Sequence record: CM128185.1
Reading direction: 5' to 3' (one strand)
Length of the DNA stretch: 32,000 nucleotides
The notes below the pieces were generated by a model, which did no database searches, was not told the origin of the DNA, and saw only the letters and a list, made by a program, of their open reading frames with translations. Of this stretch, positions 26,527-32,000 are shown one piece after another; positions within the stretch are counted from its first letter, which is position 1, and every line of letters begins with the position of its first letter. Both the position numbers and the translations under genes were made by a program.

Positions 26527-26836
26527 TGGGGATAGAGAGACTTGAACTCTCACGATTCAATGAATCAACGGATTTTCAGTTTTTAGAAGCTGGACTCTCT
26601 CTTTATCCTTAAATCAAATTAAAATTTGTTTGCGGATAGCTCCCGTCGAGTCTCTGCACCTTTTGCTATAAAAATAATTTTTAAAGCAAATTGGCTCAGG
26701 ATTGTCTTTTTTATTTAAAGATTTCCCTGAATTTGAGAGCATTCACTATTAAAGTTTCCTCTAATAGGCTCAATTTATATATAAATATAAATAGTACCTT
26801 TAAGTCCGTTGCGTCTACCGATTCCGCCATATCCCC
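26527..26836 (-). tRNA. trnL: tRNA-Leu(UAA), split by a group I intron (exon 1 26802-26836, exon 2 26527-26576)
   Basis: On the minus strand, exon 1 is ggggatatggcggaatcggtagacgcaacggactt and exon 2 is aaaatccgttgattcattgaatcgtgagagttcaagtctctctatcccca. The anticodon U|AA is interrupted between positions 34 and 35. Confidence 0.95.
26577..26801 (-). ncRNA. group I intron of trnL(UAA), 225 nt, no ORF
   Basis: The minus strand contains caatcctgagccaa and ggtgcagagactcgacgggagct, the conserved trnL-intron blocks targeted by the Taberlet g/h primers. It also has aaagagagagtcc and a terminal G before exon 2. Confidence 0.92.
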
Positions 26837-27018
26837 AATAAAAAAATTATTATTTAATTGCATATATATATATACAATATAGTAATAATTTTTTTAATTT
26901 TAGTAAAATTTTAAAATTAAATATTGCAGTTTTTTCTAGAGACGAATACAATATTATAAAAATATAAATATACAAAAATTTTGTTAAATTTCCGTAATAA
27001 AATATAAAGGTTCAAACT

Positions 27019-27100
27019 GGGTCGATGCCCGAGTGGTTAATGGGGGCGGATTGTAAATCCGCTGGCTTTGCCTACGCTGGTTCAAATCCAGCTCGGCCCA
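27019..27100 (+). tRNA. trnY: tRNA-Tyr(GUA)
   Basis: gggtcgatgcccgagtggttaatggg... with anticodon loop tt-GTA-aa, a long variable arm and acceptor gggtcga/tcggccc. Confidence 0.93.
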
Positions 27101-27110
27101 AAAATAAAAA

Positions 27111-27221
27111 TTAATTTGCTGACTGACTACTTTCTGTTTTTACGTAAAGAATTAAAAGAAATGCAGTAGGAATAATAATAAATAGAGCAGTTGCAATTAA
27201 ACCAAGAATATTTACTTCCAT
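27111..27221 (-). CDS. psbM: photosystem II protein M
   Basis: Not in the ORF track. The minus strand translates to [36 protein letters not shown] (36 aa), matching the PsbM consensus MEVNILAFIATALFI.VPTAFLLI.YVKT. Confidence 0.9.
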   Translation of the reverse strand: MEVNILGLIATALFIIIPTAFLLILYVKTESSQSAN

Positions 27222-27382
27222 TAAAATATATCCTTTTTATTTGTTAAGTATTATATATTTAAATCCGATTCAATAAAATTTAAATAAAAAATAATTTTTT
27301 AATTTATCCTTTTTTTATTCTACTCTAAAATAAAAAAATGATAAAAATTTTAATATAATTATATTATTAAAACTCGAAGTAA

Positions 27383-27469
27383 CGGAAAGGGAGGGATTCG
27401 AACCCCCGGTAGCTTTAACACTACGTCGGTTTTCAAAACCGATGCATTGAACCGCTCTGCCACCTTTCC
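27383..27469 (-). tRNA. trnS: tRNA-Ser(UGA)
   Basis: The reverse complement ggaaaggtggcagagcggttcaatgcatcggtttTGAaaaccga... has a long variable arm and acceptor ggaaagg/cctttcc. Confidence 0.9.
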
Positions 27470-27487
27470 TAATAAGTATCAAATTAT

Positions 27488-27559
27488 AGCGGATAACGCG
27501 ATTCGAACGCGCGACAAGCACCTTGGCAAGGTGCCACTCTACCACTGAGCTATATCCGC
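27488..27559 (-). tRNA. trnG: tRNA-Gly(GCC)
   Basis: The reverse complement is gcggatatagctcagtggtagagtggcaccttGCCaaggtgcttgtcgcgcgttcgaatcgcgttatccgc-t. Confidence 0.92.
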
Positions 27560-27673
27560 ATTAAATTGATAGAATTGAACCCTAAGATTATAACCAATAT
27601 ATAATTATTTTGTTTTTTATATTATAATTTTATTATAAAAATTTTATAAATAAAATTCAATTATTTTATTTTC

Positions 27674-27703
27674 TTGACACTTTTTAGTAGTATTAAATAT
27701 TAT
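27674..27703 (+). promoter_or_regulatory. candidate sigma70-type (PEP) promoter for trnfM-trnE: TTGACA-N18-TATTAT
   Basis: Exact TTGACA at 27674-27679 and TATTAT at 27698-27703. The trnfM 5' end (27726) lies 22 nt after the -10 box. Confidence 0.45.
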
Positions 27704-27725
27704 AAAATCAATGATTAATAATGTA

Positions 27726-27799
27726 AGTGGGGTAGAGCAGTCTGGTAGCTCGTAAGGCTCATAACCTTAAGGTCATAGGTTCAAATCCTATTCCCACTC
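27726..27799 (+). tRNA. trnfM: tRNA-Met(CAU), initiator-like
   Basis: agtggggtagagcagtctggtagctcgtaaggctCATaaccttaaggtcataggttcaaatcctattcccact-c. Near-identical in its core to the plastid initiator tRNA as I recall it. Assignment as fMet rather than elongator Met or Ile(CAU) rests on that similarity only. Confidence 0.8.
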
Positions 27800-27835
27800 C
27801 TTAAACTAAATTTTTCATTAAACAATTCCAAACCA

Positions 27836-27908
27836 GCCCCCATCGTCTAGAGGCCTAGGACATTTCCCTTTCACGGAGGAAACGGGGATTCGAATTCCCC
27901 TGGGGGTA
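27836..27908 (+). tRNA. trnE: tRNA-Glu(UUC)
   Basis: gcccccatcgtctagaggcctaggacatttccctTTCacggagg...tgggggt-a, matching the plastid trnE pattern. Confidence 0.92.
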
Positions 27909-28146
27909 GACAACTAAAAAAAAAATTAAAATATTTAATACTAATAGTTACCATTTAATGTTGTCTTTTTTCAAATAATTGGAAAAAAATTTAAATAATA
28001 TGAATTAAATTTTCTATTATTTAAGAGTAACTATTTCAATTTTAATTAAAAAAATTACTCTATAATTAAAAAAATTATTTAATTAAGATTTCGTTTTAAT
28101 TTGAATAATTATCAAATTAGTATATAAAAAAACTTTAATTTTATTT

Positions 28147-28494
28147 ATGACTCGAGTAAAACGTGGTAATATTGCCCATAAAAGACGAAAAGAAGTATTA
28201 GATTTAACAAAAGGTTTTCGTGGTTCATCGTCTAAATTATATAGAACCGCCCAACAAAGAACAATAAAAGCATTAACAAATTCTTATAAAGATAGAAAAA
28301 TTAAAAAACGTGAATTTGTTAAAATTTGGGTTTCACGTATAAATGCTGCAGTTCGTTTATCAGGATTAAATTATAGTAACTTTCAAAATCAGCTTAAAAC
28401 CTCTAAAATTCTTCTTAATCGAAAAATTTGCAGTCAAATAGCACTTCAAGATAAAGAATCTTTTGATAAATTACTAGATTTTATTAAAATCTAG
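28147..28494 (+). CDS. rpl20: ribosomal protein L20
   Basis: 115-aa ORF starting MTRVKRGNIAHKRRKEVLDLTKGFRGS. TAG stop. Confidence 0.95.
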   Translation: MTRVKRGNIAHKRRKEVLDLTKGFRGSSSKLYRTAQQRTIKALTNSYKDRKIKKREFVKIWVSRINAAVRLSGLNYSNFQNQLKTSKILLNRKICSQIALQDKESFDKLLDFIKI

Positions 28495-28541
28495 TAATTT
28501 ATCAAAATTTAAATTATAACTATTTATTCTAAATATAAAAA

Positions 28542-28808
28542 ATGAAATCATTTAAAAATACTAATAGCAAAAATTTTTATTTACAAATAAAAAAAAAATT
28601 AAATTTAAATGAGTCTAATTCTCGTTATACTATTGATTATAAAAATACAAAACTTTTAATGAATTTCATTAGCCCACAAGGCAAAATTTTGTCTAAAAAA
28701 ATTACTGGCTTAACCTCAAAACAACAGCGTACTGTAGCAACAGCTATAAAAAGAGGACGTATGAGTGGATTACTGCCATTTGTTAATCGTTATTTAGTAG
28801 AAAATTAA
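28542..28808 (+). CDS. rps18: ribosomal protein S18
   Basis: 88-aa ORF containing [50 protein letters not shown]. Confidence 0.93.
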   Translation: MKSFKNTNSKNFYLQIKKKLNLNESNSRYTIDYKNTKLLMNFISPQGKILSKKITGLTSKQQRTVATAIKRGRMSGLLPFVNRYLVEN

Positions 28809-28906
28809 AAACAAAAAAAATTTGATTTTTATTAAAAAAATGACATACTATAAATGTAAAAAGTAATAATTTTGTAGAAAAAAAAATTTATTTAAAATTA
28901 TTAAAT

Positions 28907-28979
28907 CACGCTTTGTAGGACTTGAACCCACGGCATCAGGTTTTGGAAACCTGCGTTCTACCAACTGAACTAAAAGCGT
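28907..28979 (-). tRNA. trnW: tRNA-Trp(CCA)
   Basis: The reverse complement is acgcttttagttcagttggtagaacgcaggtttCCAaaacctgatgccgtgggttcaagtcctacaaagcgt-g. Confidence 0.92.
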
Positions 28980-28981
28980 TC

Positions 28982-29055
28982 TCGGGATGACAGGATTTGA
29001 ACCTGCGACCCCCTGTTCCCAAAACAGGCACGCTACCAAACTGCGCTACATCCCG
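28982..29055 (-). tRNA. trnP: tRNA-Pro(UGG)
   Basis: The reverse complement is cgggatgtagcgcagtttggtagcgtgcctgtttTGGgaacagggggtcgcaggttcaaatcctgtcatcccg-a. Only 2 nt separate it from trnW. Confidence 0.92.
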
Positions 29056-29074
29056 AAACTTATATTTTATTTTT

Positions 29075-29103
29075 ATGATATAAAGTAATCTTCCATTTTT
29101 CAA
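29075..29103 (-). promoter_or_regulatory. candidate sigma70-type promoter for trnP-trnW: TTGAAA-N17-TATCAT (minus strand)
   Basis: On the minus strand, ttgaaa lies at 29103-29098 and tatcat at 29080-29075. The trnP 5' end (29055) is 19 nt downstream. Confidence 0.35.
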
Positions 29104-29299
29104 TTTTAATGGATTTTAGTAAAAAACTAAAACTTATATACTAAAAATAAATAAATTTTATCTATTTTTTTATAATATAAAATTTATTTTTTACTTTTTT
29201 TATTGATCTTAATATATTTTAAAAATAGTAATTTCTAGGTATTAGAATTTAAAAAAGGTTAATAAAATATTTTAAAAATTAAAAAAAACAAATTATTAT

Positions 29300-29425
29300 A
29301 TGCAAAACTTCAAAACTTATTTATCAACTGCACCAGTTCTTGCTTTAGCAAGTCTAACAGTTGTTGCGGGATTATTAATTGAAATTAATCGATTTTTCCC
29401 TGATTCTTTAATTTTTACTTTTTAG
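29300..29425 (+). CDS. psaJ: photosystem I subunit IX
   Basis: Not in the ORF track. Hand translation gives [41 protein letters not shown] (41 aa), matching the PsaJ pattern ..KTYLS.APV......[16 protein letters not shown] stop. Confidence 0.9.
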   Translation: MQNFKTYLSTAPVLALASLTVVAGLLIEINRFFPDSLIFTF

Positions 29426-29431
29426 GAATTT

Positions 29432-29803
29432 ATGCCAACTATTCAACAATTAGTAAGATCAGCACGTAAGCGTATGTTTAAAAAAACAAAGTCGCCGGCG
29501 TTACAAGCTTGTCCACAAAGAAGAGGTGTATGCACTCGAGTTTATACAAATACTCCAAAAAAACCAAATTCCGCTTTACGAAAAGTAGCACGTGTTCGGT
29601 TATCTTCAAAATTTGAAGTTACTGCTTATATCCCAGGTATTGGCCACAATTTGCAAGAACATTCAGTCGTTTTAGTTAGAGGAGGCCGTGTAAAAGATTT
29701 ACCCGGTGTCCGCTATCATATTGTTCGTGGTACTTTGGACTCACTTGGAGTAAAAAATCGTAACCAAGGTCGTTCAAAATATGGTGTAAAACGTCCAAAA
29801 TAA
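29432..29803 (+). CDS. rps12: ribosomal protein S12, uninterrupted
   Basis: 123-aa ORF starting [14 protein letters not shown], with [16 protein letters not shown]. Starts 6 nt after the psaJ stop. Confidence 0.97.
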   Translation: MPTIQQLVRSARKRMFKKTKSPALQACPQRRGVCTRVYTNTPKKPNSALRKVARVRLSSKFEVTAYIPGIGHNLQEHSVVLVRGGRVKDLPGVRYHIVRGTLDSLGVKNRNQGRSKYGVKRPK

Positions 29804-29829
29804 AAAATTTAAAACTAAATCTATTTTAA

Positions 29830-29872
29830 TATAATTTTCAATAGAGTTTTTTTGATTCTATTGAAAATTATA
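29830..29872 (+). terminator. rps12 3' inverted repeat: 16-bp perfect stem, 11-nt loop
   Basis: tataattttcaataga (29830-29845) is the reverse complement of tctattgaaaattata (29857-29872). Confidence 0.7.
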
Positions 29873-29907
29873 ATTTAATCTTTACTAAATATATTCTTTA
29901 ACTATTT

Positions 29908-30378
29908 ATGTCACGTCGACGTACAGCAAAAAAACGTACTGTAATGCCTGATCCTCTTTATAAAAGTAGTCTTTTAGAACTTTTAGTACGACAGGTTATG
30001 CGAAACGGTAAAAAATTATTAGCATATAGAATTATGTATGAAAGCATGAATAAAATTGCTGAAATTACAAAAAAAGATCCACTTGTAATACTTGAACAAG
30101 CAATTCGAAACACAACACCACTTATTGAAGTAAAAGCTCGACGGGTAGGGGGCTCGACATATCAAGTTCCTATTGAAGTTCTTCCTGAACGGGGAACTAC
30201 TTTAGCTATTCGTTGGATATTAACAGCTTGTCGTAATAATCACGGGAAACCAATGTCCGTTATATTAACCAATGAGTTAATTGATGCTTCTAATAAAGCA
30301 GGTAATGCTGTGAAAAAAAAAGATGAAATCCATAGAATGGCAGAAGCCAATAAAGCGTTTGCAAAACAACGTTTTTAG
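29908..30378 (+). CDS. rps7: ribosomal protein S7
   Basis: 156-aa ORF starting [20 protein letters not shown], with [15 protein letters not shown] stop. Confidence 0.96.
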   Translation: MSRRRTAKKRTVMPDPLYKSSLLELLVRQVMRNGKKLLAYRIMYESMNKIAEITKKDPLVILEQAIRNTTPLIEVKARRVGGSTYQVPIEVLPERGTTLAIRWILTACRNNHGKPMSVILTNELIDASNKAGNAVKKKDEIHRMAEANKAFAKQRF

Positions 30379-30497
30379 ACTTGAAAAAATTTGAAGGTTT
30401 TATTATAATTATTTGTTAATCAGGATTAATAATCTATTTCTTTAAATTGTTAAATTTTTAAAATTTGTATACAACATAACTAAAAAAGGACTTTTTT

Positions 30498-31727
30498 ATG
30501 GCACGCACAAAATTTGAACGTAAAAAACCACACGTTAATATTGGTACTATTGGTCATGTGGATCATGGTAAAACAACATTAACTGCAGCAATTACTATGG
30601 CATTAGCTGCACGTGATGGTGGAAAAGGTAAAAAATATGACGATATTGATTCTGCACCTGAAGAAAAAGCTCGTGGTATTACTATCAATACAGCTCATGT
30701 AGAGTATGAAACAGAAAATCGCCATTACGCTCATGTAGACTGCCCTGGACATGCGGATTATGTAAAAAACATGATTACTGGTGCTGCTCAAATGGATGGT
30801 GCTATTCTTGTTGTATCTGGTGCTGATGGCCCTATGCCACAAACTAAAGAACACATTCTTTTAGCAAAACAAGTAGGTGTTCCTAATATTGTAGTATTTA
30901 TCAATAAAGAAGACCAAGTAGACGATATTGAATTAATTGAATTAGTAGAATTAGAGGTTCGTGAAACATTACAAAGATACGATTTTCCTGGTGATGAAGT
31001 ACCGATGCTTCCTGGATCTGCACTTATGGCATTATCTGCGTTAACAGAAAATCCAAATATTAAACCTGGTGAGAACAAATGGGTTGATAAAATTTATAAA
31101 TTAATGGATACGGTTGATTCTTATATACCAACTCCAAAACGTAACGTAGAAAAACCATTTTTAATGGCAATTGAAGACGTTTTTTCTATTACTGGTCGTG
31201 GTACTGTTGCTACAGGTCGCGTAGAGCGTGGTGTTGTTAAAATCGGGGATACTGTAGAAATTATTGGTTTTGGTAGTACTAAAGTAACTACTGTAACTGG
31301 TTTAGAAATGTTTCAAAAAACACTTGATGAAAGTATGGCGGGGGATAATGTTGGTATTTTACTTCGTGGTATTCAAAAAGCTGATATCCAACGTGGAATG
31401 GTTTTAGCAAAACCAAAAAGTATTAAACCACATACTAGTTTTGAAGCACAAGTTTACGTTTTAACCAAAGACGAAGGTGGACGTGATACACCTTTTTTTA
31501 AAGGATATCGACCACAATTTTACGTAAGAACAACAGACGTAACTGGTAAAATCGCATCTTTTTCTACTGACGCTGGTGAGCCTCTTAAAATGGTATTACC
31601 TGGCGACCGTATTCAAATGACAGTAGAATTAATTCAACCTATTGCTATTGAACGCAATATGAGATTTGCTATTCGTGAAGGTGGTAAAACAGTAGGTGCT
31701 GGTGTTGTAGTAAAAATTTTACAATAA
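30498..31727 (+). CDS. tufA: translation elongation factor Tu
   Basis: 409-aa ORF with the G-motifs [14 protein letters not shown] and NKED. Confidence 0.98.
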   Translation: MARTKFERKKPHVNIGTIGHVDHGKTTLTAAITMALAARDGGKGKKYDDIDSAPEEKARGITINTAHVEYETENRHYAHVDCPGHADYVKNMITGAAQMDGAILVVSGADGPMPQTKEHILLAKQVGVPNIVVFINKEDQVDDIELIELVELEVRETLQRYDFPGDEVPMLPGSALMALSALTENPNIKPGENKWVDKIYKLMDTVDSYIPTPKRNVEKPFLMAIEDVFSITGRGTVATGRVERGVVKIGDTVEIIGFGSTKVTTVTGLEMFQKTLDESMAGDNVGILLRGIQKADIQRGMVLAKPKSIKPHTSFEAQVYVLTKDEGGRDTPFFKGYRPQFYVRTTDVTGKIASFSTDAGEPLKMVLPGDRIQMTVELIQPIAIERNMRFAIREGGKTVGAGVVVKILQ

Positions 31728-31775
31728 AATAAAACTCAATATATATTTATTTTTAAATATATATTGAGTTTTATT
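31728..31775 (+). terminator. tufA 3' inverted repeat: 22-bp perfect stem, 4-nt loop
   Basis: aataaaactcaatatatattta (31728-31749) is the reverse complement of taaatatatattgagttttatt (31754-31775). Starts immediately after the TAA. Confidence 0.8.
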
Positions 31776-31792
31776 GATAAAAAAAAATATAT

Positions 31793-32000
31793 ATGAACAA
31801 TTTTCAAAATATTATAAAAAAGATTGAATATAAATTTTCAAAAAACCAATTACCTGAGATAAAAGTCGGCGATTTTATCCGTCTTGGTATTTCTATTCAA
31901 GAATCTGGAAAACAACGTGTACAACCTTTTGAAGGAACAGTAATTGCTCTACATAAAGCAGGTTTAAATACCACAGTTACTGTAAGAAAAATTTTACAAG
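31793..32000 (+). CDS. rpl19: ribosomal protein L19, 5' part (truncated by the window edge)
   Basis: Not in the ORF track. ATG 31793 gives MNNFQNIIKKIEYKFSKNQLPEIKVGDFIRLGISIQESGKQRVQPFEGTVIALHKAGLNTTVTVRKILQ..., the L19 pattern (VGD...G.R.Q.FEG.VI......G...T.TVRK). The rps12-rps7-tufA-rpl19 context fits. Confidence 0.85.
   Translation, partial: MNNFQNIIKKIEYKFSKNQLPEIKVGDFIRLGISIQESGKQRVQPFEGTVIALHKAGLNTTVTVRKILQ

Overview
This window is ordinary, densely packed, very AT-rich chloroplast DNA of a green alga, not a bacterial accessory region. I place 26 protein genes. 25 are complete: psaA, psaB, atpB, atpE, rps4, psaC, ycf20-like, minD, chlN, chlL, ccsA, rpl32, cysT, ycf1-like, psbB, psbT, psbN, psbH, psbM, rpl20, rps18, psaJ, rps12, rps7 and tufA. 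rpl19 runs off the 3' edge. There is also one complete intron-less rrn operon (16S-trnI-trnA-23S-5S), 14 tRNA genes and one group I intron in trnL(UAA). Five short genes (rpl32, psbT, psbM, psaJ, rpl19) are missing from the supplied ORF track and were found by reading the sequence. The gene content is chlL/chlN, minD, cysT, tufA, rpl19, ycf20 and trnL(GAG), with unsplit psaA and rps12 and intron-less trnI/trnA. It points to a chlorophyte plastome of prasinophyte or trebouxiophyte grade. I see no CRISPR array, transposon, phage or defence cassette, and no unexplained multi-gene system, so nothing here looks like a new biological system. Six things are most worth a second look. (1) A 1095-aa ycf1-like ORF carries a slippage-generated acidic tract. 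(2) A plastid-encoded MinD has a ~77-aa Lys/Glu-rich N-terminal extension containing an A14 homopolymer. (3) AT-only expansion segments sit in 23S rRNA at positions where other lineages carry internal spacers or hidden breaks. (4) Helix-preserving substitutions occur in normally invariant 16S helices. (5) Long perfect palindromes follow almost every mRNA gene, and one of them includes the psbN stop codon. (6) Three sigma70-type promoter candidates lie 15-22 nt upstream of tRNA 5' ends. All coordinates were counted by hand. RNA gene ends are good to about +/-3 nt.
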